From NCBI GenBank assembly GCA_964505795.1, contig CAZDJS010000004.1, positions 1-36,868 on the forward strand: 36,868 nt of DNA, read 5' to 3'. The translations under genes and the position numbers were made by a program. Below, piece after piece: positions 1-8,470 of the stretch. Origin of the DNA: an uncultured Methanosarcinales archaeon (GTDB taxonomy: Archaea > Nanobdellota > Nanobdellia > Woesearchaeales > UBA525). How positions within the stretch are numbered: the stretch's first letter is position 1; every line of letters begins with the position of its first letter. The notes below the pieces were generated by a model. The model was not told the origin of the DNA, did not search any database, and saw nothing but the letters and a program-made list of their open reading frames with translations.

Positions 1-84
1 TTTATTCGTCAATGATGGTTCAAAAGAAGAAGGTTGTACTTTCAATTCGTTATTTTCAACACACAATTTTTTCTCTGTAATCAT
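1..84 (-). CDS. 5' end of an unidentified CDS that runs off the left edge (partial)
   Basis: ATG at 84..82 opens a minus-strand frame (MITEKKLCVENNELKVQPSSFEPSLTNK...) that stays open to position 1. It is too short to identify. Confidence 0.25.
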   Translation of the reverse strand, partial: MITEKKLCVENNELKVQPSSFEPSLTNK

Positions 85-145
85 CGAGTGTATTTCTTGT
101 GAATTAAGACAAATGCTTGACATGAAAGGATAAATACAGAATCAG

Positions 146-451
146 TTAAAAAGTTTTACTCAATATTGTAATTTTCTTCTTTCTGCTTGTCTTTCCAAGA
201 ATTATTTTACAATGACCAAGTTCTTTTTTAAGAAATCTCAATAATTCATCATTTGCTTTATTATTTTCGGGAGGTGCAGCTATTGCAAAACGAAGAGCCT
301 TACGTTCTTCATCAAAGCCAAGAAACTTTGTTTTACTCGTATTTGGCTTAACAATAACAAGAAAACTTTTTGAATCCTGAGAGATATATTTCTTGAAGTC
401 CTGCATAGCAAAAGAATAGAAGCTACAACTAAAAAGTTTTACTCTTTCCAT
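146..451 (-). CDS. DUF167 / YggU-family small protein
   Basis: The 101 aa ORF has the pattern VIVKPNTSKTKF...AAPPENNKANDELLRFLKKEL...GKTSRKKKI, typical of the YggU (UPF0235) family. An alternative ATG at 406 would remove the 13-nt overlap with the upstream gene. Confidence 0.65.
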   Translation of the reverse strand: MERVKLFSCSFYSFAMQDFKKYISQDSKSFLVIVKPNTSKTKFLGFDEERKALRFAIAAPPENNKANDELLRFLKKELGHCKIILGKTSRKKKITILSKTF

Positions 452-744
452 GTCTTGTTACATTCTTTACACTTAAAAAATTGTGTTTCTGGCTCGTCAG
501 AAGCTCTCGTTTGAATCGACCAAAACTCTGCTTTTACAGGACCGCAATCTGGACAGTCAGTATCGATAACTGGGTTAGTCGATTCTTCAGAATCAACAAT
601 CTTTACTTCATCACTCGCTGAAACAGTTTCTTTCATTTCACTCTTTACTTTTTTGTTTGTATGACCACATTTACAAGCGAGAAATTTTTTCCCTTTTTCC
701 TCTTTTGGGAACATTATTGAACCACATTTAGGACAAAATATCAT
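439..744 (-). CDS. tfs: Transcription factor S / RNA polymerase subunit M (TFIIS-like zinc ribbon)
   Basis: N-terminal CPKCG...CKCG zinc ribbon and C-terminal CPDCG...QTRASDEPETQFFKCKECNKTW TFIIS-type ribbon. The start is set to the ATG at 744 (MIFCPKCG); the ORF-track extension to 849 has no family support. Confidence 0.85.
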   Translation of the reverse strand: MIFCPKCGSIMFPKEEKGKKFLACKCGHTNKKVKSEMKETVSASDEVKIVDSEESTNPVIDTDCPDCGPVKAEFWSIQTRASDEPETQFFKCKECNKTWKE

Positions 745-831
745 AGTATTCTTCACAATTAGAAACTGTTTAAAAAGCTTACTATTATCGGAATACAAAA
801 GCATTAAAAGAAAACTAGTAATTGAAGTAGT

Positions 832-1422
832 ATGAAAGTTATTGAACAAATAAAGAAAATTTGGAACTTTTTATGGAATGATGATAGCGTTTTTAGCTGG
901 TTCGCGAGTCTTCTCATAGCTTTTCTCCTCATAAAGTTTGTCGTGTATCCTGGACTTGGTTTACTTTTTGGTACGCAATTTCCAATTGTTGCTGTTGTAA
1001 GTGAAAGTATGGAACACGAAGGTAATTTCGATGAGTGGTGGATGGTACATGAAGAGTTTTATCTGAAGAATAATATTTCAAAAGAAGAATTCTTAGATTT
1101 TCCTTTCAAAAATGGTTTTAATAAAGGAGATATTATGATTCTTGTTGGAGAACATCCTGAGCAGATCAAACGAGGAGAGATTCTTGTGTTTTGGAGTGGA
1201 AAACCATATCCTATAATTCATCGAGTAACAAAGATTAATGAGCAGACAGTTTTTGAAACAAAAGGAGATAATAATCGAGATCAAGTTCGACAAGCTCCAG
1301 TATTAGATGAAACAAATATTCAGGCCGAACAAATAGTTGGAAAAGCAGTTGCAAGAATTCCATACTTGGGCTATGTAAAAATTTGGTTTGTTGAATTACT
1401 CACGATAATCACAGGGAATTAA
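832..1422 (+). CDS. Signal peptidase I, archaeal/Sec11 type (S26B)
   Basis: N-terminal TM anchor, catalytic-serine box VVSESMEH, then GDIMILV, IIHRV and TKGDNN..D boxes. Confidence 0.8.
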   Translation: MKVIEQIKKIWNFLWNDDSVFSWFASLLIAFLLIKFVVYPGLGLLFGTQFPIVAVVSESMEHEGNFDEWWMVHEEFYLKNNISKEEFLDFPFKNGFNKGDIMILVGEHPEQIKRGEILVFWSGKPYPIIHRVTKINEQTVFETKGDNNRDQVRQAPVLDETNIQAEQIVGKAVARIPYLGYVKIWFVELLTIITGN

Positions 1423-2325
1423 ATGGCACGAATAGTAGCACATACAGACTTTGATGGATTAATAGCAGCATTTCTTGCGAGAGAAATATTTGGGGTTGAA
1501 GAAGTATATTTTACTGAGCCTTGGCTTATTCAAAAAGATGAAGTCGAGATTAAAAAAGGAGATATCATACTTGACCTTCCCTATCATGAAAATTGTTCTG
1601 TTTGGATTGATCATCACGAAACGAGTAAAGAACTGCTCGAAAAAGTACGCCCTGAACAAGAAGTTCATTTTGATGAAACAAAACCAAGCTGCCCTGGACT
1701 CATGTACGAAATATACAAAGAAAAATTTCCCTTTCTTGAAGAGCCACTCATACAAGAAATGATTCAGGCTGCTGATAAGATAGACAGTGGAAGTTTCAGC
1801 CATGAAGATCTTGAAAAACCCGATATTTGGGGAAAAATAAGCATCACCTTGCGTAGCGATGATAAAAGAAAAGATAATGAGTACCGACAATTATTACTTA
1901 ATTTGCTAAGTTTCCAAGACCCGCAAAAAATAGTCGAACAAAACATTGTAAAGAATCGTTTTCAAACTTATGAAGAAGAGCAAGAAGCAGCAAAAAAAGA
2001 ACTGCCAAAGCTTGCAACAGTCCACGATGACATTCTTATTATTGATGCTACTCAGACCGAACAAACAATACCTCGTTTTCTTCCTTACGTAATGTATCCT
2101 CAGTGTAGAATCAGTGCTAAAATAAGCAGAATTACGGACAAACCCGAGTTATGTAAAGTTTCTGTTGGAAAAAATATTTTTGATCAGAGCCATCCTGCAG
2201 ATATTGGTGCTATAATGAAAGGTTTTGGAGGCGGAGGACATAAGTATGTTGGTGCATGTTCTACACCTTATGAAAACAAAGATATTTTTCTTCAAGAATT
2301 AGTGAAGCTTTTAAGGAAAGAATGA
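1423..2325 (+). CDS. DHH/DHHA1-family phosphoesterase (paralog 1)
   Basis: Motifs HTDFDGLIAA, ILDLPY, IDHHE and C-terminal GGGGHKYVGAC (DHHA1 GGGH box). The start abuts the stop of the upstream gene (TAAATG). Confidence 0.7.
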   Translation: MARIVAHTDFDGLIAAFLAREIFGVEEVYFTEPWLIQKDEVEIKKGDIILDLPYHENCSVWIDHHETSKELLEKVRPEQEVHFDETKPSCPGLMYEIYKEKFPFLEEPLIQEMIQAADKIDSGSFSHEDLEKPDIWGKISITLRSDDKRKDNEYRQLLLNLLSFQDPQKIVEQNIVKNRFQTYEEEQEAAKKELPKLATVHDDILIIDATQTEQTIPRFLPYVMYPQCRISAKISRITDKPELCKVSVGKNIFDQSHPADIGAIMKGFGGGGHKYVGACSTPYENKDIFLQELVKLLRKE

Positions 2326-2337
2326 TTCTGTTATTTT

Positions 2338-3324
2338 ATGAAACAGCTTCCTTGTCCTCGATGTGGAAATCCAGAAGTAGTTGATACTTTTTGTGCGTCT
2401 TGTTTACGAGAATTGCATCCGCTTGTTGAAAAAGTAAAAGATGTAACGATGACTTTTTGTGTTGTTTCAGGAAAGGTGAAGATCGGAACAGGTTGGGAAG
2501 TCTTAAGCCCTCAAGAAGCCTTACTAAAAGCAACAAGGAAAGCTTTGGTTGTTGATGAGGACACTTTGGTGGAAGTTGAAGAAATAGATTTTAGTGAGTT
2601 TTTACAAAAGCCAGGTATTCATCGAGTTCTTGAAGTGACTGCAACTGTTTCAAAAGAGTATTCTGAAGAGTATATTATTCCTGTAGTGTTAAAAACAACT
2701 GTTAGTCCAAAGTATGCAAAGCTTGGGACAAATTATTATGAAGCCACTTTACAATTACGTAATGAGCAAGAAGAACATAAAAGAGCACTTGAGAAACTTG
2801 TAGGTCGTTTTGATAGTCTTGCAGTGAATAAGGAAATACCGCATGATAACGGAACTGATTACTTAGTCACCGATAAGCAAGCAATAAAAAAAATAGCGTA
2901 TAAATTACAAAGTCGGTTTGGTGGCACTCTCAAAGAAAACGTTCGGCTTATTACTCGCGATCATCTGCGAAGCAAAGATGTGTATCGACTCACTGTTTTC
3001 ATCGAATTTCCTCCTTACAAAAAAGGCGATGTTCTAGTAAATGATGAACGTCTTGTTCGCTTTGATGCTCCTGGAAAAAAACTTCGTTTTACAAACCTTC
3101 TCACTGGAAAAAAAATTGAAGAAATCTACGAACAAGGAAAATACGACTACGCTCAAATTCATGAAACGACAGTTACGCAAAGAGAACCAAAACTGTTTAT
3201 TCTTGACCCTGAGTATCAGCAAGTTCCTGCCATCGGAGAGGCAGAACTCAACGCTCAAGTGAAAGCGGTTTTTTACAAAAAAAAATGGTATTTAGTTACT
3301 TCGCAGCCAAAAAAAGACCACTGA
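2338..3324 (+). CDS. NMD3-family protein (ribosome large-subunit biogenesis/export adaptor homolog)
   Basis: N-terminal CPRCG...FCASC zinc cluster, a size of about 330 aa and the YEATLQLR segment resemble archaeal NMD3 homologs. This is motif-level recognition only. Confidence 0.55.
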   Translation: MKQLPCPRCGNPEVVDTFCASCLRELHPLVEKVKDVTMTFCVVSGKVKIGTGWEVLSPQEALLKATRKALVVDEDTLVEVEEIDFSEFLQKPGIHRVLEVTATVSKEYSEEYIIPVVLKTTVSPKYAKLGTNYYEATLQLRNEQEEHKRALEKLVGRFDSLAVNKEIPHDNGTDYLVTDKQAIKKIAYKLQSRFGGTLKENVRLITRDHLRSKDVYRLTVFIEFPPYKKGDVLVNDERLVRFDAPGKKLRFTNLLTGKKIEEIYEQGKYDYAQIHETTVTQREPKLFILDPEYQQVPAIGEAELNAQVKAVFYKKKWYLVTSQPKKDH

Positions 3325-3490
3325 CTCATCTGAAAGATTTTTTTCTTCTTGTGCCATTGGCATCACCTCTGTCGCAAACAACAGAGTTTGTAGAGTATCA
3401 AAACATATTATTTTTTTGAACTTTCCTCTGTCGCAAAGTAGAATTGGTATTTCAAGTTTAAATATGTTCTGAAAAATCATTGAAAAAAAC

Positions 3491-4084
3491 TCATTGAGTC
3501 ATTTTTATTGACTTATAGACTCTGTAACCTGCTTTTTTGCCGATTGTCTCGACATTACCAAAGATTTCTTGCATTTTTTCTTCAAGCATCTTTCCTCCTT
3601 TTTGGTGACGAGCAACGAGTTGTAAACTCCCTCCATCATGTAAATGCGTAAGAGCGTCTTCAATAAGTTTGAAAATAAGCTTTCTTCCTGCAACATAGGG
3701 TGGATTGACGAGAACAACATTAACTGTTTCAATATTATCAAAAAGATTGCTTTTCATCACTTTAATATCAAGATTCAGATGTTTTGCATTCATGCGAGCA
3801 AGCTTAAGTGAACGTTCGTTCATATCCGACGCTAAGACTTCACAATTGGGTTTTCTCATCTTCACAGCACAAGCTACAACACCATAACCACAACCAAGAT
3901 CAAGCACACGACCAGAATCTGGAAGTTCACAATATTGCAATAAGACTTCTGTTCCTTTGTCAAGGCGTCGCAAAGAAAACACTCCAGAAGCAGAGTATAG
4001 AGTAAACGCAAGGTCTTTGAGTTTTATATTAAGAAGAAATGGTTCAAAAGCGCTGGTTTGTTCTTCATCGTAGTAGTGCGGCAT
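3491..4084 (-). CDS. Class I SAM-dependent methyltransferase, RsmC/RlmG-like (MTS domain)
   Basis: SAM-binding motif VLDLGCGYG, acidic loop ASDMN and catalytic NPPY box. Confidence 0.8.
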   Translation of the reverse strand: MPHYYDEEQTSAFEPFLLNIKLKDLAFTLYSASGVFSLRRLDKGTEVLLQYCELPDSGRVLDLGCGYGVVACAVKMRKPNCEVLASDMNERSLKLARMNAKHLNLDIKVMKSNLFDNIETVNVVLVNPPYVAGRKLIFKLIEDALTHLHDGGSLQLVARHQKGGKMLEEKMQEIFGNVETIGKKAGYRVYKSIKMTQ

Positions 4085-4088
4085 ATAA

Positions 4089-4700
4089 TCACATTATCTT
4101 AAGAAGCTCGTATGCAAATCTGTCAGCGACAAGAATGCTGTCTTCAGGAGAAGTATAGGTCATCGTGATACAATTTCCTTCATTAGTAATTGCGTTTATT
4201 TCTCCTTGCTCAAATACAATAACAAGAACCCCATCACGAGCGTCTTCGCAAGTTCTGACAAGTGTATCAAGAGCGTCATCTGGTTTTGAGAGCGCACTTT
4301 GAACTTGCATATTAAGAAGGTTATATCTTGTTCCTAAAAGACGACTAATTTCAACAGCAGCAATTACTGGACGAGAGCCCGCATCTGGGCTTAATGAAAT
4401 ATATACCATTTCTGGTGGAGTAGGTGTGTCGACTATGGCTTCTGCAAGGCCTTCTTTGTAAGCTACAGACTCTGTTGCGCTAGGATGATGATAAAAAGGA
4501 ATATTGTAAGGTTGTCCTTTAACTTCAATTTGTGTCACCCACAACACATCAGTTCCGCTCGGTGCTTGTACGAACTCAAAACCATTATAGGTGTATTGGG
4601 CCTGCTCATTCTTATCGAGTTGAATAGAAATATATGTTGTGCCAAAAACCACAACAAAAAGCAAGACAAAACCAATCACAAATTTCCAGCTAGAATCCAT
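4089..4700 (-). CDS. Membrane-anchored hypothetical protein (tandem paralog B)
   Basis: N-terminal TM helix followed by an extracytoplasmic domain. It shares YNG..F, two spaced Cys and a C-terminal ..A.ELL/YNYY segment with the adjacent ORF. Confidence 0.6.
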   Translation of the reverse strand: MDSSWKFVIGFVLLFVVVFGTTYISIQLDKNEQAQYTYNGFEFVQAPSGTDVLWVTQIEVKGQPYNIPFYHHPSATESVAYKEGLAEAIVDTPTPPEMVYISLSPDAGSRPVIAAVEISRLLGTRYNLLNMQVQSALSKPDDALDTLVRTCEDARDGVLVIVFEQGEINAITNEGNCITMTYTSPEDSILVADRFAYELLKIM

Positions 4701-5270
4701 TCATATCAACCCATAGTAATTATAGAGTAATGCATCTTTTGCAAGTACGACTGAAGTAAGGTTTCCTGAAAGAAGTATACAATTATCGTCAATTGAGACT
4801 CGTGCTTCTCCAGAGCGTAACTCAATAATAGGATTTTGTTCAGTAGCATCATCGCAAGAGAGTATTGGAAGAGCGTATTCTTCTGACTCTTGAGTAACTC
4901 CTCCTGCTATATTTGGGAAAGCAAAAGCGAGTTCTGATCGAACAAGGTCATAATACTCTAATTGCTCTTCTTCTTGAGGATCAAAAGTAACGATGAGTTG
5001 TGGCGCTGAGAGCAGCGGAGTTACTTGAGCATCATAAGGAATTGACAGAGCAGTGGTTACTTGACTATGAAAACGAAGCGTTTCTCCATCAAGAGTTGTT
5101 GTTATCATCCCTAACTCTTCGTCAAACTCATACTGTTGACCATTATACGCTGTGGAAGTGTGGGGAGCATAAAGCATTACTGTACCAAAGCTTCCAACCA
5201 TTATAGCAACCATTACTCCCATCATAATATAAGATGGTAATTTTGATTTTTTCTTTTGCCGTCTGCGCAT
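4701..5270 (-). CDS. Membrane-anchored hypothetical protein (tandem paralog A)
   Basis: Basic N-terminus plus a TM helix. It is alignable by eye with 4089..4700 (SCDDATEQNPIIELRSGEARVSIDDNCILLSG vs TCEDARDGVLVIVFEQGEINAITNEGNCITMTY). Its stop directly abuts the next start. Confidence 0.6.
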   Translation of the reverse strand: MRRRQKKKSKLPSYIMMGVMVAIMVGSFGTVMLYAPHTSTAYNGQQYEFDEELGMITTTLDGETLRFHSQVTTALSIPYDAQVTPLLSAPQLIVTFDPQEEEQLEYYDLVRSELAFAFPNIAGGVTQESEEYALPILSCDDATEQNPIIELRSGEARVSIDDNCILLSGNLTSVVLAKDALLYNYYGLI

Positions 5271-5351
5271 ACAGGTAGTGCTAAAAAATTATTTATAAAG
5301 TCTGTGGTTAACAAGCATAATTTTATTAAGCAAAACAAGTCCATTTTTTGT

Positions 5352-7853
5352 ATGAAATCCGATAAAGCGATAAAAAAAGAGTTTAAGGAAATGGCGAGTA
5401 ATGACCCTCACTCTTATTACGCAACAAAAATATTAGAAAAAGAAGGTTTTGAAAGAAAAAAATGTTCTTGTGGAACTAACTTCTGGACTGTGAATAAACA
5501 AAAGGTCTGCGGTGACGCTGAATGTAGCGGCGGATTCAGACTTTTTGATAATAATCCTTGTACAAAAAAACTTGATTACCTCAGCGTGTGGGAAAAGTTT
5601 TCAGAAATGTTTGAAAAAAAAGGATACACCACCACTCCTCGTTACCCTGTTGTTGCAAGATGGAACCCAACGATGGATTTTACAATAGCAAGCATTGCGG
5701 CGTTTCAACCTTATGTTGTTTCTGGTGAAGTCGCAGCGCCAGCTAAAAAGCTCACAATCCCGCAATTTTGTTTACGTTTTGGTGATGTTGATAATGTTGG
5801 CGTTACTATGAGCCATCTTACTGGTTTTGTTATGATTGGACAAAAGATGTTCGTTCCTCCACAAGAATGGAATCAAGATCAAGCGTTTCAAGATATTTAT
5901 GATTGGCTCACTCTTGGTCTTGGTCTTCCCAAAGAAGAAATTACTTTTCACGAAGATGCATGGGCAGGCGGTGGTAACTACGGCCCTTGTATGGAATTTT
6001 TTAGTCGTGGAATTGAACTTGGTAATCAAGTCTATATGCTCTACGAACAACACCCCGAAGGCGATCGTGAGTTAAATCTTAAAGTTCTTGATATGGGTAT
6101 GGGAATGGAAAGAAACGCATGGTTTAGTCAAGGAGAAGGGAGCATTTACGACGCGACATTTCCTGATGTTATGAAAAAACTCTATGAAACAACAGGAGTT
6201 AATCACGATAAAGAATTTCTTCACAAGTACATTCCTCACGCTGCTTATTTGAATATTGACGAAGTCGAAGATATAGATAAAGCATGGGAGCACGTTGCTA
6301 AAAATATGGGCCTCGCTGTTACTGAAGTGAAACAAAAAATTCAACAAATAACAGCATTATCTTCAGTTGCAGAGCATAGTAGGAGCCTGCTCGTCGCTCT
6401 TGCTGATGGTGCACTCCCTAGTAATACTGGTGGCGGATACAATCTTCGTGTTATTTATCGTCGAGCTCAAGGGTTTATTGATTCTTTCGCTTGGGATATT
6501 GATATTGCAACTGTTTGTAAATGGCATGCCGAGTATTTAGAAAAAATGTATCCTGAGTTACTTGAGAGTATTGATGATGTCACAAGAATACTCGCTGTAG
6601 AAAAAAGAAAATACAAAGAGAATAAAAAAAAGAGTAAACAAATCATTCTCAATGTTCTTAAGAAAGAAGAAAAAGTCACTACAAAACAGCTTATTGAACT
6701 CTATGATAGTTCAGGTGTTGATCCTGACGAGTTTAAACGAGTAGCAAAAGAACAAGGAATGAGCATTGTTATTCCAGATAATTTTTATCAGTTAGTCGCT
6801 GAGCGTCATGAAGAGCAGGAACAAAAGACTGCAACAGTAAAAAAAACGTATTTTCCCATTGAAGACCTTCCAAAAACAGAAATTCTCTATTATGGCGTTC
6901 ATGACGCTGTTGTTTTTGAAGGAAAAGTACTCAAGGTTTTTGATAATAAAATCATTCTTGACCAGACTGCATTTTATCCGACTTCAGGTGGGCAAGAGCA
7001 TGATGTCGGAACTCTTGCAGGAGAAGAAGTTGTTGATGTTATCAAGCAAGACGGCGTTATTATTCATGTTCTAAAGAATAGTACTACGAAGCAAGAAGGT
7101 GATGTTATTTCTGGTCAAATTAATCTTGAGCGAAGATTGCAACTCGCAAAACATCACACGACAACACACATCATTAACGGTGCTGCTCGTAAAGTTCTTG
7201 GTAATCACGTTTGGCAAGCAGGAGCCGCAAAAACAACTGAGAAAGCAAGAATCGACATCACACATTATGATAGTTTGACGAATAAAGAACTACAAGCGAT
7301 TGAAGATGAAGCAAATAAGATTGTTGAGTCTAAAATTGCAATTTCAAAAACACTCTTGAAGAAAAATATTGCTGAAGAAAAATTTGGTTTTCGACTCTAT
7401 CAAGGAGGAGCAGTGCCGGGAACAGAAATTAGAGTGGTTGATATTCCTGGTTTTGATGTTGAAGCCTGTGGAGGAACACATCTTGAAAATACTGCGCAAG
7501 CAGGAAAAATTAAGATTCTCAAATCATCAAAAGTACAAGATGGAATCATACGAATTGAGTTCGTTTCTGGGCCTGCAGCGGAAAAGATCATATCGGCTGA
7601 AACAGCAGTTCTTGAGAACTTAATGGCAGAACTTGAATGCGAAGAAGATCAAATTCCTGGACGTTGCGCCGAGCTCTTTACAATGTGGAAGAAAGCAAAG
7701 AAAGGAAAACTCGAAAAACTTAGTTTTAGCTCAATTGAAAGAAGCCCAGGAGATATTCTTACAGAAGCAGCTCGTGAACTTAAGACACAACCAGAGCACG
7801 TACTCAAAACAGTGCGACGGTTCAAACAAGATATTGCGAAGTGGAGTTCATGA
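5352..7853 (+). CDS. alaS: Alanine--tRNA ligase, archaeal type
   Basis: Archaeal N-terminal CSCGTNFW...CGDAEC zinc element, class II core, and editing-domain HTTTH....CGGTH zinc motif. The start is set to the ATG at 5352 (MKSDKAIKKEF). Confidence 0.95.
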   Translation: MKSDKAIKKEFKEMASNDPHSYYATKILEKEGFERKKCSCGTNFWTVNKQKVCGDAECSGGFRLFDNNPCTKKLDYLSVWEKFSEMFEKKGYTTTPRYPVVARWNPTMDFTIASIAAFQPYVVSGEVAAPAKKLTIPQFCLRFGDVDNVGVTMSHLTGFVMIGQKMFVPPQEWNQDQAFQDIYDWLTLGLGLPKEEITFHEDAWAGGGNYGPCMEFFSRGIELGNQVYMLYEQHPEGDRELNLKVLDMGMGMERNAWFSQGEGSIYDATFPDVMKKLYETTGVNHDKEFLHKYIPHAAYLNIDEVEDIDKAWEHVAKNMGLAVTEVKQKIQQITALSSVAEHSRSLLVALADGALPSNTGGGYNLRVIYRRAQGFIDSFAWDIDIATVCKWHAEYLEKMYPELLESIDDVTRILAVEKRKYKENKKKSKQIILNVLKKEEKVTTKQLIELYDSSGVDPDEFKRVAKEQGMSIVIPDNFYQLVAERHEEQEQKTATVKKTYFPIEDLPKTEILYYGVHDAVVFEGKVLKVFDNKIILDQTAFYPTSGGQEHDVGTLAGEEVVDVIKQDGVIIHVLKNSTTKQEGDVISGQINLERRLQLAKHHTTTHIINGAARKVLGNHVWQAGAAKTTEKARIDITHYDSLTNKELQAIEDEANKIVESKIAISKTLLKKNIAEEKFGFRLYQGGAVPGTEIRVVDIPGFDVEACGGTHLENTAQAGKIKILKSSKVQDGIIRIEFVSGPAAEKIISAETAVLENLMAELECEEDQIPGRCAELFTMWKKAKKGKLEKLSFSSIERSPGDILTEAARELKTQPEHVLKTVRRFKQDIAKWSS

Positions 7854-8470
7854 AGATAATAGTTGTTGGAGGTTGTGGCGGTCTTGGTCGAGCAATTATT
7901 AGGTCATTACAAAAACACGAAGTCATTAATGCATCTCAAAACGTAGTCGAAGGAGTTACTAACATTCCTCTTGATTTAACAAATAATGAAAGTATTTTAT
8001 CGTTTATTAATGAAGTGCAAGAAAATCATTCAGACCTTGATTGTCTCATTCATAGCGCTGGTTTGTATCAGAGTGACGAGTCACTCAATATTAGTTTTGA
8101 AGAAATCGACAGATTGTTTCTTGTTAATACAACCGGCGTTATAAAAACTACAAATAAATTATTAGGGCTTCTTGAGAAGAACAAAGGCTTAGTAGTCGTT
8201 ATTGGTTCAATAAATATCAAAAAAAGAAATCATTTAGTGTATACTCCAAGCAAATGCGCACTGCAAGCCTATGTTGAGTACTTGCAAGAGCAACAAAATG
8301 TTCGCATAACTATGTGTAATCCTGGATTGATAAACACCGAGTTATTTGAGAATGCAGGAGCGAAACGTGATAAAAGTGACGCGATGAGACCAGAAGACGT
8401 CGCTCAAGTTATTAAGCAAGTTGTGGAGAACACAACTGTTGAGATTAGCGAAATTATTGTGAAAAAATGA
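7850..8470 (+). CDS. Short-chain dehydrogenase/reductase (SDR)
   Basis: Rossmann motif VVGGCGGLGRAI, catalytic YTPSKCAL (YxxxK), then NPG. ATGA overlap with the alaS stop. Confidence 0.8.
   Translation: MKIIVVGGCGGLGRAIIRSLQKHEVINASQNVVEGVTNIPLDLTNNESILSFINEVQENHSDLDCLIHSAGLYQSDESLNISFEEIDRLFLVNTTGVIKTTNKLLGLLEKNKGLVVVIGSINIKKRNHLVYTPSKCALQAYVEYLQEQQNVRITMCNPGLINTELFENAGAKRDKSDAMRPEDVAQVIKQVVENTTVEISEIIVKK

Noticed and set aside
3366-3437. A possible mini-CRISPR array, considered because of the repeated 13-mer with 59-nt periodicity.
   Set aside because: There are only two copies. The repeat is far shorter than CRISPR repeats (about 24-37 nt), and no cas genes or leader are present. No other regularly spaced repeat array was seen anywhere in the window.
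3292-3480. A 62-aa minus-strand ORF in the NMD3/methyltransferase spacer.
   Set aside because: It overlaps the NMD3 3' end and spans the repeat/terminator-like spacer. It has no start context and no recognisable motif, so it is most likely non-coding.
5256-5351. 5' extensions of ORF-track calls: alaS from 5256, tfs to 849, the lipoprotein-like gene to 19645, the S2P protease from the TTG at 20893, the small membrane protein to 10039, and rps15 from the GTG at 14495.
   Set aside because: The extensions add non-conserved residues ahead of family-typical N-termini. They overlap neighbouring genes or promoters, or use rare start codons when a well-placed ATG (often with a GGTG/GAGG motif or a TATA box at the right distance) is available.
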